This document shows, piece after piece, positions 38,236-49,241 of a stretch of DNA of 64,000 nt (within the stretch, counting starts at the first letter, position 1; each line of letters begins with the position of its first letter). Source of the DNA: Candidatus Oxydemutatoraceae bacterium (GTDB lineage: Bacteria > Pseudomonadota > Gammaproteobacteria > Poriferisulfidales > Oxydemutatoraceae); assembly GCA_965218975.1 (NCBI GenBank), contig OZ244717.1, forward strand, positions 640,001 to 704,000, in the 5' to 3' direction. Both the position numbers and the translations under genes were made by a program. The notes beneath the pieces are model-generated. The model saw only the letters and a program-made list of their open reading frames with translations, made no database searches and was not told the origin of the DNA.

Positions 38236-39663
38236 ATGGCGAAACAACTTAAAAATTTATGCTTGGCGGTGCTCGTCGGCATGTTCGTTAACACTGCGGT
38301 CTTTGCCGACGCTTTCGAAGGTCTTTCCATGATGCGCATGGGCGCCTGGGACGTTGACTTCAGCGGCAATGTAAACGGGTTTGCTACAATCATATCGTGT
38401 GATGCCCCAAGTGGCGGCGGTCAGGTCGCGCATGGTCTTGCATGCGGTTCCGACGGTGTCGATGACGATGACACCAACAATGTCCAAACCGGTCTGTTGC
38501 CGTCGTGGTTTAATTTTTCCGCGGCCACGCTAACCGACAGCGGAATTAAAACCGGCGTGCATTTGAGCTTTCAGCCGGGGATTGACACTGCCTCTCCTTT
38601 TGGGGGACCTTTAGACGCCGCACTGGGTCTGAACGCCTCCAACTTCAGGCAGGTGTTCCTGACTTGGGGCAGTGACAGCATGGGTACGTTCAAAATCGGT
38701 CGCGACCTCGGTCTTTTCGGTTCCGATGCAATCCTGAGCGACATGACACTGCTTGGCGTCGGCACAGTTTCCGACTTGACACAAAGGGGCGGCAATACGA
38801 CTTTAGGCCGTATCGGTATCGGCTATCTTTATGCCGACTGGAAATCCCAGGTGCAGTACAAATCGCCGAACTTGAACGGTTTCTCATTTACTGCCGCATT
38901 GGTGGATCCCTGGGGCGCCGACAGCTTGGCTAACGGCACAGGTGCGTGCGGCCCGGAGAAAGAGTTTGTTCTAGACCCAGAAACAGGAAAAATAGAGGGA
39001 GGGAACAAGTGTTCTTATAGTGCAACGCATGGTAATGGTCAAGAAGGCGACACCTACGGGTTTGAAGCCAAAGTCAATTACAACACCGAGCTCGAAGGCA
39101 GTTCGCTCGCGTTGTGGGCCAGCTATATCAGACAGGAAGTGGACTTTGGAGACGCCGAAGTGGAGGATCCGAGGGACCCCAACAAAACGATCCGACTTAG
39201 GAGTCCGGATGCCGACGGTTTTGACGTCGGCGCCAAGCTCGCATTCGGCGGCTTTGACGTGGTCGGCTATTACTACGACGGCGAGGGTATCGGTTCAACC
39301 GGTTTCCTGCTGGACGGTATTGATGCAGTCGGCGAAGAGCGTGATTCGAACGGCTATTATTTCCAAGCTCGTTATCGGATGCCGACAACGGGTACTTTGT
39401 TCGGCTTTAGCTATGGCGAAAGCACCCTTGATGAAAGCGGCTACGACGAGTGGATGCGCACCAAGCTTGATTCGAACATGATGCGCGTGAACCCCGGTTA
39501 TTCCCTGCTTGACAGCAATGAGTCGTGGATAGTCGGAGTTTACCATCCGATCGGAGAAGCTTTGAACCTGGTTGCCGAGTACACCAGCACCGAAGCCGAA
39601 TCGCATGACGGTAACGAAGCCGAAGAAGACGTATTCGCGCTCGGCGCGATTATGTTCTTTTAA
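38236..39663 (+). CDS. Outer-membrane porin
   Basis: Signal peptide, beta-strand pattern, terminal Phe (ALGAIMFF). Confidence 0.88.
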   Translation: MAKQLKNLCLAVLVGMFVNTAVFADAFEGLSMMRMGAWDVDFSGNVNGFATIISCDAPSGGGQVAHGLACGSDGVDDDDTNNVQTGLLPSWFNFSAATLTDSGIKTGVHLSFQPGIDTASPFGGPLDAALGLNASNFRQVFLTWGSDSMGTFKIGRDLGLFGSDAILSDMTLLGVGTVSDLTQRGGNTTLGRIGIGYLYADWKSQVQYKSPNLNGFSFTAALVDPWGADSLANGTGACGPEKEFVLDPETGKIEGGNKCSYSATHGNGQEGDTYGFEAKVNYNTELEGSSLALWASYIRQEVDFGDAEVEDPRDPNKTIRLRSPDADGFDVGAKLAFGGFDVVGYYYDGEGIGSTGFLLDGIDAVGEERDSNGYYFQARYRMPTTGTLFGFSYGESTLDESGYDEWMRTKLDSNMMRVNPGYSLLDSNESWIVGVYHPIGEALNLVAEYTSTEAESHDGNEAEEDVFALGAIMFF

Positions 39664-39689
39664 GCGAACAATCGTTTTTGCTTAAAGAG

Positions 39690-39722
39690 ACGGCGCACGG
39701 CCCGGCTGTGCGCCGTTTTTTG
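39690..39722 (+). terminator. Rho-independent terminator
   Basis: ACGGCGCACGGC-GCTGTGCGCCGT followed by T6. Confidence 0.85.
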
Positions 39723-39754
39723 TGCCGAACAACGCGACGTAGTACAATCGCCCC

Positions 39755-40564
39755 ATGTTCAGCTTGCTTTCGCACCGCCGCACAACAAAATATGTATCAG
39801 CGCTCGCGCTGCTGCTGCTTGTTTCGCCATACTCTCATACGGCTGCCGCGATACAGAAAAACGTCAATGAGTTCGTTCAACTAGTCGTGCGCGACGGCGC
39901 ACCACAAGCCACCAACCGGCATCCGTTCAAGATAAAGTCGCGAAAACTGATGCAAACCCTGTTGAAGCTACGGGCAGCACCCGCTTCAAAACGCGCATTC
40001 AATACCAAAGACACTGCGCAAATATTTTCCGCCGACGTTGCCGAACGACTCGGTGCAGACCTTGCAAGCGCTCTTCGTCGCGCACAGCCGAATCAGGACA
40101 TTATGTTCCAAGTGATCGACGTTGCCCCGTTCCTAGGCAAACTGCTCGACAAAGACGTTATTATTAACGGGCGAGTGTTCTGGCGCCGCGCCCGTCTGAA
40201 TATCATTTTCGGAGCGATACGCCATACACCCAAAAAACGCTGGATGCTTGGCCGCGTCGTTCGCATCGTTGACCCGCCTACGTTACCGACGAGAAACAAA
40301 GCTGCAACGCTGAAGTACCGCATTATTGCGGAGCCGGGAATTAGTCTGGCCAAAACCCGTTCCGGCGCCACACGTGCCGATTGGGTCAAAATCAATCTCA
40401 GCCGCATCGGCGGCGCGGTTCAAGCCGATACCGGATCGGCCGCCGCAACACCGGCGCTGTCGCTTGAGGCGCGCCTCAAAAAACTGAAAGCGCTACGCGA
40501 CAAAAACCTGATTTCCGAACAGCAATACCGGAAGAAGGCACGACAAATTCTTGACGAACTATAA
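39755..40564 (+). CDS. Exported protein with C-terminal SHOCT domain
   Basis: LEARLKKLKALRDKNLISEQQY..K...IL. Confidence 0.8.
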   Translation: MFSLLSHRRTTKYVSALALLLLVSPYSHTAAAIQKNVNEFVQLVVRDGAPQATNRHPFKIKSRKLMQTLLKLRAAPASKRAFNTKDTAQIFSADVAERLGADLASALRRAQPNQDIMFQVIDVAPFLGKLLDKDVIINGRVFWRRARLNIIFGAIRHTPKKRWMLGRVVRIVDPPTLPTRNKAATLKYRIIAEPGISLAKTRSGATRADWVKINLSRIGGAVQADTGSAAATPALSLEARLKKLKALRDKNLISEQQYRKKARQILDEL

Positions 40565-40567
40565 GAG

Positions 40568-41617
40568 GTGACCATGCTACACAACGAGTTTTACAGCCGG
40601 AAAAACCATAAAGAATATGCCTTGTTTGATTTAGGCGATTTCGAACTTGAGTGCGGCGACGTGCTGCCCGATTGCAAGCTGGCCTATGCAACGCTCGGCA
40701 AGCTGAATGACGCTAGAGATAATGCTGTTTTATTCCCGGTGATGTTCTCGGGTACCAGCGGAAGCCTGCAACACTTCGTCGGCACAGGCCTTGCGCTTGA
40801 CCCGGATAACTATTGCATCATTATTCCGAATCAGCTGGGCAACGGTCTGTCTAGTTCGCCGCACAATACTCCTGCGCCATACGGCATGTCGGCATTTCCG
40901 GCGCTTGACATAGCGGACGACGTGCGTGCCCAGCATCGCCTGCTAAGCGAACGTTTCGGCATCGAAAAACTGGCATTGGTTACGGGTTGGTCTATGGGCG
41001 CGCAACAAACATACGAGTGGGCGGTGCGCTACCCGAACATGGTTGCTCGCGCCGCACCGATCGCGGGCACAGCGAAAGTCACCCCGCATGATGCGTTGTA
41101 TGTGGATACTTTCTGCACAGCCTTAAAGTCTGACCCGGCATGGGACAACGGCGAATACACCGAACCGCATGCCGTAGAAACCGGGCTACGCAGACTTGCA
41201 CATGTTTTTGCGCTGATGGGTGTCTCTTCCGAATTTTATAAACAGGAATTGTGGAAAAAACTTGACATCCCGTCGCAACAGGCGTTTTTGACCGATTTCT
41301 GGGAAAAATGGTTTTTGCAGATGGACCCAAACGCTTTGCTGTGCATGGCGGATAAATGGAAGAATGGAGATGTGAGTGCGCCCTACGGCAACGACCTGGC
41401 AAAAGCGTTCGGCAGAATTACCGCAAAGACTACCGTGATTGCATTTTCGGAGGATATGTTTATTCCTCTACGCGATTGCCGCGTCGAGCAGGCGCTGATC
41501 CCCGGCAGCAAACTTGAAGCACTGGACAGCCTCTGGGGACACTTCACAATGATGGGTTTATTCTCGGAGGACTTCAAGCGGATCGATAATATTCTCAAAG
41601 AGCTACTGGCAAGTTAG
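40568..41617 (+). CDS. Alpha/beta hydrolase, homoserine O-acetyltransferase-like
   Basis: LAYATLG.LN..RDNAVL, GWSMGA nucleophile elbow, SLWGH. Confidence 0.88.
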   Translation: MTMLHNEFYSRKNHKEYALFDLGDFELECGDVLPDCKLAYATLGKLNDARDNAVLFPVMFSGTSGSLQHFVGTGLALDPDNYCIIIPNQLGNGLSSSPHNTPAPYGMSAFPALDIADDVRAQHRLLSERFGIEKLALVTGWSMGAQQTYEWAVRYPNMVARAAPIAGTAKVTPHDALYVDTFCTALKSDPAWDNGEYTEPHAVETGLRRLAHVFALMGVSSEFYKQELWKKLDIPSQQAFLTDFWEKWFLQMDPNALLCMADKWKNGDVSAPYGNDLAKAFGRITAKTTVIAFSEDMFIPLRDCRVEQALIPGSKLEALDSLWGHFTMMGLFSEDFKRIDNILKELLAS

Positions 41618-41656
41618 CCCAAGTTAGACTCGGGGGACATCAACGGGAGCTGTCCT

Positions 41657-43770
41657 GCCGCACCGCCGTCACTGGTGAAATACAGCGCGCCGTCCGTACC
41701 GAATGCCAGACCTGTCGGTCGTGCCAAACGCTTGCCGGCGGTATTTTGAAATCCTTTTATTAACGGGGCAACCGGCAACGCTTTGCCTCGGCCAGAGTGC
41801 CCGATTCACCTTAACGGCTCGCAGCAATAATAACCTATCGGCAGGCAGGTCTGATGGGTTAACGGGAATGTGGCCCTGCTCGTTTGAAACGGAACAACCC
41901 TTCCACTGCACCGCCGTCACTGGTGAAATACAGCGCGCCGTCCGTACCGAATGCCAGACCTGTCGGTCGTGCCAAACGTTTGCCGGCGGTATTTTGAAAT
42001 CCTTTTATCAACGGGGCAACCCGCAACGCTTTGCCTCGGTCAGAGTGCCCGATTCACCTTGACGGCTCGCAGCAATAACAACCTATCGGCAGGCAGGTCT
42101 GATGGGTTAACGGGAATGCGGCCCTGCTCGTTTGAAACGGAACAACCCTTCCACCGCCCCGCCGTCACTGGTGAAATACAGCGCGCCGTCCGTACCGAAT
42201 GCCAGACCTGTCGGTCGTGCCAAACGTTTGCCGGCGGTATTTTGAAATCCTTTTATCAACGGGGCAACCCGCAACGCTTTGCCTCGGTCAGAGTGCCCGA
42301 TTCACCTTGACGGCTCGCAGCAATAATAACCTATCGGCAGGCAGGTTTGATGGGTTGACGGGAATGCGGCCCTGCTCGTTTGAAACGGAACAACCCTTCC
42401 ACCGCACCGCCGTCACTGGTGAAATACAGCGCGCCGTCCGTACCGAATGCCAGACCTGTCGGTCGTGCCAAACGTTTGCCGGCGGTATTTTGAAATCCTT
42501 TTATCAACGGGGCAACCCGCAACGCTTTGCCTCGGTCAGAGTGCAGATTCACCTTGACGGCTCGCAGCAATAATAACCTATCGGCAGGCAGGTTTGATGG
42601 GTTGACGGGAATGCGGCCCTGCTCGTTTGAAACGGAACAACCCTTCCACCGCACCGCCGTCACTGGTGAAATACAGCGCGCCGTCCGTACCGAATGCCAG
42701 ACCTGTCGGTCGTGCCAAACGTTTGCCGGCGGTATTTTGAAATCCTTTTATCAACGGGGGAAACCCGCAACGCTTTGCCTCGGTCAGAGTGCAGATTCAC
42801 CTTAACGGCTCGCAGCAATAATAACCTATCGGCAGGCAGGTCTGATGGGTTAACGGGAATGTGGCCCTGCTCGTTTGAAACGGAACAACCCTTCCACTGC
42901 ACCGCCGTCACTGGTGAAATACAGCGCGCCGTCCGTACCGAATGCCAGACCTGTCGGTCGTGCCAAACGTTTGCCGGCGGTATTTTGAAATCCTTTTATC
43001 AACGGGGCAACCCGCAACGCTTTGCCTCGGTCAGAGTGCCCGATTCACCTTGACGGCTCGCAGCAATAATAACCTATCGGCAGGCAGGTTTGATGGGTTA
43101 ACGGGAATGCGGCCCTGCTCGTTTGAAACGGAACAACCCTTCCACCGCACCGCCGTCACTGGTGAAATACAGCGCGCCGTCCGTACCGAATGCCAGACCT
43201 GTCGGTCGTGCCAAACGTTTGCCGGCGGCATTTTGAAATCCTTTTATCAACGGGGTAACCGGCAACGCTTTGCCTCGGTCAGAGTGCAGATTCACCTTGA
43301 CGGCTCGCAGCAATAACAACCTATCGGCAGGCAGGTCTGATGGGTTGACGGGAATGCGGCCCTGCTCGTTTGAAACGGAACAACCCTTCCACTGCACCGC
43401 CGTCACTGGTGAAATACAGTGCGCCGTCCGTACCGAATGCCAGACCTGTCGGTCGTGCCAAACGTTTGCCGGCGGTATTTTGAAATCCTTTTATCAACGG
43501 GGTAACCCGCAACGCTTCGCCTCGGCCAGAGTGCAGATTCACCTTGACGGCCGCAGCAATAATAACCTATCGGCAGGCAGGTTTGATGGGTTAACGGGAA
43601 TGCGGCCCTGCTCGTTTGAAACGGAACAACCCTTCCACCGCCCCGCCGTCACTGGTGAAATACAGCGCGCCGTCCGTACCGAATGCCAGACCTGTCGGTC
43701 GTGCCAAACGTTTGCCGGCGGTATTTTGAAATCCTTTTATCAACGGGGCAACCCGCAACGCTTCGCCTTG
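41657..43770. repeat. Tandem array of ~8.5 copies of a 246-248-bp unit
   Basis: CCGCCGTCACTGGTG recurs at 41663, 41911, 42159, 42407, 42654, 42902, 43150, 43397 and 43643. Confidence 0.97.
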
Positions 43771-44820
43771 GTCAAAGTGCACGACAGCGATCCACGGCGG
43801 TCGGCGTGTCGCTTCGGCGCCAAAAAATCCGCCCGCAGGTTGGGTGGCCCACGAACCATGCAGGGCAACGATGGCGTCGTGTTCCCACATCCGACCCAAT
43901 GCATCCTGCGGCACAAATGCCACGCCCATCGGTGCGTTTCTGGCGGGGAAAGTGACGCTTGGTAAAACCGCATCGGTACGTGGCGGCGTGCGGCCAATAC
44001 ACCGGTCGCGCTGCACCTTTTCTCCGTCAAACCAAAACCACGGCATACCGTGAAAGGAGCCCGGCAAGATGCGGCTAAAGTATTCGGCAGGATGGTCATA
44101 GCCTAAGTGGTCGGGGCCGTGGTTGCTAGCATACATCACGCCGGAGCGCGGATGCCAGTCGAACCCGACCGGATTACGCAAACCCGATGCGTATATGCGC
44201 CAGCGCGCAATTCTCGTGTCCTTTGTATCGCTTGGAGAATCCTGAGCCGCAGCGTTTTCACGCAATACCAGCACACCGCCGCGCCGATTTTCAAAGTCAT
44301 AACCGGCACCGATGTATTCATCGCTGCAATTACCGCTGATACCCAAGCTGACATAAATACCGTTATCCGGTCCGACTTTGATCGTACGCGAGGAATGGCC
44401 GCCGTTTTTTGACGGCAAGTCCGCAATGCGCTGAAAATCTTCCGGCGTATAAGGCGAAGAACGGGGACGATAGGGTATTCGATAAACGCCGCTCTGACTA
44501 GCAACCCAGACCGAGCCGGTGCGCACAGCGACTCCATGCGCATTGCCTCTCTGCAGGGTCGCAAAAACCGTCGCGCGATCATAAGGCGGCGGCACGCGAT
44601 AAACGTCTCCGGTGTGGGAACCAACCAGTAACGCGCTGTCATCTGCAAACGCCAGCATGCGCGGTTTTGATATTTCGACAAGCAATTCCAATTGATAACC
44701 GGTCGGTATAGTCAGCTGCCAGGACGAATCGCCAACCGAAACAGTTTGCGTTCGGTACGACTCGGCGTCTACCCATGCCGGCAACAAACAGAATACGATA
44801 AACAGGCAGCTTTTCCGCAT
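43591..44820 (-). CDS. PQQ-dependent glucose/sorbosone dehydrogenase family protein
   Basis: PRMLAF, GGHSSRTI, YASGLRNPVG..WHP, ALHGSW, RPTGLAF..DGALYFTSD. Confidence 0.9.
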   Translation of the reverse strand: MRKSCLFIVFCLLPAWVDAESYRTQTVSVGDSSWQLTIPTGYQLELLVEISKPRMLAFADDSALLVGSHTGDVYRVPPPYDRATVFATLQRGNAHGVAVRTGSVWVASQSGVYRIPYRPRSSPYTPEDFQRIADLPSKNGGHSSRTIKVGPDNGIYVSLGISGNCSDEYIGAGYDFENRRGGVLVLRENAAAQDSPSDTKDTRIARWRIYASGLRNPVGFDWHPRSGVMYASNHGPDHLGYDHPAEYFSRILPGSFHGMPWFWFDGEKVQRDRCIGRTPPRTDAVLPSVTFPARNAPMGVAFVPQDALGRMWEHDAIVALHGSWATQPAGGFFGAEATRRPPWIAVVHFDQGEALRVAPLIKGFQNTAGKRLARPTGLAFGTDGALYFTSDGGAVEGLFRFKRAGPHSR

Positions 44821-45092
44821 AAGTAAAAGTATAACTTATCCTCATCGAGCATGGCGGCATATCATAGTCGCACTCAATGCGCCTATCTGCATGTATATGC
44901 TAATCCGCACTCAGCACAAAGCATCATCGCGCCGGTCCTCTCCCGTATCACTGCCGATACGTTCGTCGGAGGACGAGCTCACCACAAGCAAGGAATCGCC
45001 CGCAATCAGGCGGTTGCCCTAGCTGCGGCGCATTGTAGAACTTAATTTCCCGACACAGCGGTATATCGCACTCTTTTCCAAGCAAAGCGTTG

Positions 45093-45120
45093 TTTGTCCG
45101 GCATGTATTGGTCACGTACA
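45093..45120 (+). mobile_element. Isolated IS481-like terminal repeat
   Basis: TTTGTCCGGCATGTATTGGTCACGTACA is a 26/28 inverted match to 50900-50927. Confidence 0.65.
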
Positions 45121-45338
45121 CAATCTAGGTTTTAGATGAGACGGTAATTCGTAAATCTTATCATTTGCCGACAGTGTCAATCGGCATCCATAGATTGCAA
45201 GTGCCGGAAATACAAATGAACCTTCAAATCAATCACAAAGTTCTTCTGAATCATACCATCTGTTTTTTCACACTGGCGATCATGCGGCTATACGTTCTCC
45301 GCAAAATTATGACCGACGCAATCGTTCAATTCGTGCTC

Positions 45339-46010
45339 CTACAATAACTGCCGTTCGACAAATGACGTGATATTTTCACCAACGACAAAGTGGTCGAGTA
45401 CACGCACATCAATTAAATCAAGCGAATGCTTTAGTTCGTCGGTAATTTGTTTGTCGGCAACACTCGGTTCATCCGAACCGGAAGGATGATTATGCGCCAA
45501 AACAATTGCTGCGGCGTTATGATGCAAGGCACGTTTCACAACCTCGCGCGGATGAACGCTGGCCCCGTCTATTGTCCCGTAGAATAATTCCTCAAAAGCA
45601 ATGACACGGTGTTGATTATCCAAAAAAAGACAAGCGAAAACTTCGTGCTCATAATCACGCATTTTTAATGCCAGATAGTCACGCATATGGTCGGGGCTAG
45701 CGAGTACATCGCCTTTATGAATTGTTTCAAGCAGGCTCCGACGCACCAATTCGGTTGCTGCTTGTAACATCACGTAACGTACTTTACCGATCCCTTTTAC
45801 CGCACATAATACTTCTCGCTTTGCGCGCATAATTTCAGATAAACTACCGAAGTCTTTGAGCAGCTGATGCGCGATCTCCAATACACTCCGCGTTTTAGTA
45901 CCGCTGCCGAGCAGCAAAGTCAGCAGCTCGGCATCCGACAGAACACCCGCTCCGTGCCGTAAAAACTTCTCACGTGGTCTTTCTTGTTCGGACCATTGTT
46001 TGATTGTCAT
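45339..46010 (-). CDS. radC: RadC family JAB-domain protein
   Basis: ERPREK, LSDAELL, VHPREV, AHNHPSG, RVLDH. Confidence 0.96.
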   Translation of the reverse strand: MTIKQWSEQERPREKFLRHGAGVLSDAELLTLLLGSGTKTRSVLEIAHQLLKDFGSLSEIMRAKREVLCAVKGIGKVRYVMLQAATELVRRSLLETIHKGDVLASPDHMRDYLALKMRDYEHEVFACLFLDNQHRVIAFEELFYGTIDGASVHPREVVKRALHHNAAAIVLAHNHPSGSDEPSVADKQITDELKHSLDLIDVRVLDHFVVGENITSFVERQLL

Positions 46011-46134
46011 TGCTTATTTTCCCAAGAATAATCATGCGTGATTTTGCAGGCATTAGGAGAAAAATACGACAAGCGGTAGTATTTAGCAGCTACTATTTGC
46101 TAAACAAACCCCAATTAGGTTATGTAAGAAAACT

Positions 46135-47406
46135 ATGTCGGTTAAAAACAAGCACATTTTGCTTGGCGTTACCGGTGGCATTGCCGCCTACAAAGCCGCA
46201 TTTCTCACGCGCCTGCTATGCAAAGCCGAAGCGAAGGTACAAGTGGTAATGACGCAAACCGCCGAACAATTTATCGGCGCTGCCACATTCCAAGGATTAA
46301 CCGGCAATTCGGTAATTACGCATGCCTCCGGCTTTACCGGCACCGGCGAGATGTATCATATTGAACTGGCGCGTTGGGCGGACCTGTTTTGTATCGCACC
46401 GACATCCGCCAACACTTTGGCAAAGCTCGCTCATGGCGTGGCGGATAATTCACTGACGGCCACTTATCTTGCGGTCGAAAGTATCGTTGCAGTAGCGCCG
46501 GCAATGAATCGTGCCATGTGGCAACATCCGGCAGTACAAAACAACTGTAGAATTCTAAAAAAACACGGCGTGTTGATTTGGGGACCCGACACTGGTGAGC
46601 AAGCATGCGGCGAACAAGGCGAAGGCAGAATGTTAGAACCCAACGAGCTCGTCACCTGCATCAACGAGCAATTCGGTATGCGTTTTTTGACGGGGAAAAA
46701 AGTGGTGGTAACCGCAGGTCCGACACGCGAGCCGTGGGATGCGGTGCGCTGTCTGAGTAATTTTAGTTCCGGGAAAATGGGGTTTGCAATGGCGCAAGCC
46801 GCCCAAGCGCTCGGGGCAAACGTTACGTTGGTCAGCGGTCCGGTCGCGCTGGCGACCCCACACGCTGTCACTCGTATCAATGTTACCACCGCAGAGCAAA
46901 TGCGACATGCTGTCATCGAACAACTTCCCTCAACCGACTTATTGATTGCTTGCGCTGCGGTCGCAGACTATCGCCCGGCGCAACCGCTAACAAAAAAGAT
47001 TAAGAAAAACAAAGCGACGTTGAACTTATCGCTAGAGCGTACACCGGATATTCTTGCGGACATCGGGCAACGCGACACCCGTCCGTTTCTCGTCGGTTTT
47101 GCTGTCGAGACAGATGCGCTCATTGCTAACGCGCGAGCAAAGTTGTTACAAAAAAATCTCGATATGATTGTCGCCAACCCGGTGGGGGAAAATACACCCT
47201 ACGGTTTTGATAGCGACCTCAACTGTGCCACTTTACTTTGGCGTAACGGCGAAAAAACTTTTGACGTGCAGTCTAAAACCGGATTAGCAAAGAAGCTGAT
47301 GCAAATCATTACTAAACACTTTTACTCCCGTATACAATCATCGCAACCCGAAGATAAAAACCATGCAGAAAGTAGCCGACAACGCCATCCAACTAAAAAT
47401 TCTTGA
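46135..47406 (+). CDS. coaBC: Phosphopantothenoylcysteine decarboxylase/ligase
   Basis: [33 protein letters not shown]. Confidence 0.96.
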   Translation: MSVKNKHILLGVTGGIAAYKAAFLTRLLCKAEAKVQVVMTQTAEQFIGAATFQGLTGNSVITHASGFTGTGEMYHIELARWADLFCIAPTSANTLAKLAHGVADNSLTATYLAVESIVAVAPAMNRAMWQHPAVQNNCRILKKHGVLIWGPDTGEQACGEQGEGRMLEPNELVTCINEQFGMRFLTGKKVVVTAGPTREPWDAVRCLSNFSSGKMGFAMAQAAQALGANVTLVSGPVALATPHAVTRINVTTAEQMRHAVIEQLPSTDLLIACAAVADYRPAQPLTKKIKKNKATLNLSLERTPDILADIGQRDTRPFLVGFAVETDALIANARAKLLQKNLDMIVANPVGENTPYGFDSDLNCATLLWRNGEKTFDVQSKTGLAKKLMQIITKHFYSRIQSSQPEDKNHAESSRQRHPTKNS

Positions 47407-47851
47407 TCCTCGTATCGGCAAAGAATTTCCTTTGCCGGAACTTGCGACCGAAGGCTCGGCCGGTTTTGATTTGCATGCATGCTTGAGAGCGCCACTGACT
47501 TTACAGCCTAGCGACACCGAACTCATTCCGGCCGGTTTTGCAATTTATATCAACGACCCATCGCTTGCCGCGATTATCTTGCCGCGGTCGGGTCTCGGAC
47601 ACAGGCATGGCATTGTGCTTGGCAATCTGGTCGGTTTGATTGATTCGGATTATCAAGGGCAGATTTTCGTTTCCTGCTGGAATCGCGGTTTGTCAAATTT
47701 CACAATCCATCCCGGCGATCGCATCGCACAGATGGGGTTTGTCCCTTTTGTCAAAAGACCTTTTACCATTGTAAAAGAATTTTCTCCCTCACAACGCGGC
47801 GACGGTGGGTTTGGTCATACCGGTGGCACAACACAGCAATATTCAACGTAG
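47363..47851 (+). CDS. dut: dUTPase
   Basis: [32 protein letters not shown]. Confidence 0.97.
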   Translation: MQKVADNAIQLKILDPRIGKEFPLPELATEGSAGFDLHACLRAPLTLQPSDTELIPAGFAIYINDPSLAAIILPRSGLGHRHGIVLGNLVGLIDSDYQGQIFVSCWNRGLSNFTIHPGDRIAQMGFVPFVKRPFTIVKEFSPSQRGDGGFGHTGGTTQQYST

Positions 47852-49214
47852 TATTTTCAAGGCCTATGATATTCGCGGTGTCGTCGGCGAAAACTTCGGC
47901 GAGGAACAGGCGTACACCATCGGTTGCGCGCTCGCACAGCATTATCGTAACAACGCAATTACAGCGGTCGGACGCGACGGCAGGTTATCTAGTCCGGCAA
48001 TCGCCGCTGCTTTGATTCGCGGTTTGAATACTTGCGGTGTGGACACTATTGAAATCGGCGCGGTGCCGACGCCGGTACTATATTTTGCCGCATATCAACA
48101 TGCCGAAGGTTCAGGGCTAATGATCACCGGCAGTCACAATCCGGCGCAGTACAATGGCATTAAAATAATGATATGCGGGCATACTTTGGCAGGAGACGAC
48201 ATGCAAATTCTTTATGAAGTTTGCGCTAATCAAAATTCATTTCCGCGCCCAACCCGACCCGGTGCCAATCAAACACTTGACCTGCTTAACAAATACTTAG
48301 ACCGCATCGTCGCCAATGTTCAACTGCAACGTCCGTTGAAAGTCGCCGTTGATTGCGGCAATGGTATTGCCGGTCCGGCAATGACCGGCATGCTTGATCG
48401 CCTCGGTTGCGAAATGATTCCTTTATACTGCGAAGTGGACGGTAGTTTCCCGAATCATCATCCGAACCCGAGTGTCCCGGAAAATTTAGAAGACCTGATC
48501 CGTACCGTGCAAAAAAACAAATGCGATATCGGCATCGCTCTGGATGGTGATGGTGATCGTTTGGGAGTAGTGGACGATCGCGGACGCGTCATCTGGGCGG
48601 ACCGTCAAATGATGTTGTTCGTAAAGGATATTCTGTCAAGTAACCGTGGCGGCATCGTTATTTATGATGTGAAATCATCGTACCATCTGGAAAAAATCAT
48701 TCGGGAATGCGGTGGCACACCATATATCAGCCGCACCGGACATTCTTTTATTAAAGCCGCATTAAAAGAAACAGGCGCCATATTTGCCGGTGAGATGAGC
48801 GGGCATTTATTTTTTAACGACCGCTGGTTTGGGTTTGACGACGGCGTTTATGCTGCCGCACGTTTTCTTGAACTTTTATCGCGTCAAGACAAACCATGTA
48901 GTGCGCTGTGCGATACATTACCCCAATCGATGCACACGCCGGAGATCAATATTCATTTTGCGCAAGAGAATGCTCAGCATGAATTTATGCAACGCTTTAT
49001 TTCTGCTGCAAGTTTTTCTAATGCAAAAATTAACTTGACAGACGGACTGCGTGCGGAATTTGAGCATGGATGGGGGCTGATTCGTGCTTCAAACACAACT
49101 CCGTGTTTGGTGATTCGTTTTGAAGCGAATAGCAAAACCGAGTTAGAGCAGGTGCAATCGTTGTTTCGTGCGGAATTGTTAAAGGTGAAGCCGACGCTGA
49201 ACATCCCATTCTAA
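47805..49214 (+). CDS. algC: Phosphomannomutase/phosphoglucomutase
   Basis: [26 protein letters not shown]; true start possibly GTG 47823. Confidence 0.93.
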   Translation: MGLVIPVAQHSNIQRSIFKAYDIRGVVGENFGEEQAYTIGCALAQHYRNNAITAVGRDGRLSSPAIAAALIRGLNTCGVDTIEIGAVPTPVLYFAAYQHAEGSGLMITGSHNPAQYNGIKIMICGHTLAGDDMQILYEVCANQNSFPRPTRPGANQTLDLLNKYLDRIVANVQLQRPLKVAVDCGNGIAGPAMTGMLDRLGCEMIPLYCEVDGSFPNHHPNPSVPENLEDLIRTVQKNKCDIGIALDGDGDRLGVVDDRGRVIWADRQMMLFVKDILSSNRGGIVIYDVKSSYHLEKIIRECGGTPYISRTGHSFIKAALKETGAIFAGEMSGHLFFNDRWFGFDDGVYAAARFLELLSRQDKPCSALCDTLPQSMHTPEINIHFAQENAQHEFMQRFISAASFSNAKINLTDGLRAEFEHGWGLIRASNTTPCLVIRFEANSKTELEQVQSLFRAELLKVKPTLNIPF

Positions 49215-49241
49215 GCGATATAAAGGCAACTGTTATTTCCG

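Noticed and set aside
41657-43770. CRISPR array
   Set aside because: Units are contiguous 246-248-bp near-identical copies with no unique spacers, and no cas genes are in the window
41669-43965. Many 83-231-aa ORFs in the array as real genes
   Set aside because: They are repeated shadow frames or start-less copies of the dehydrogenase C-terminus
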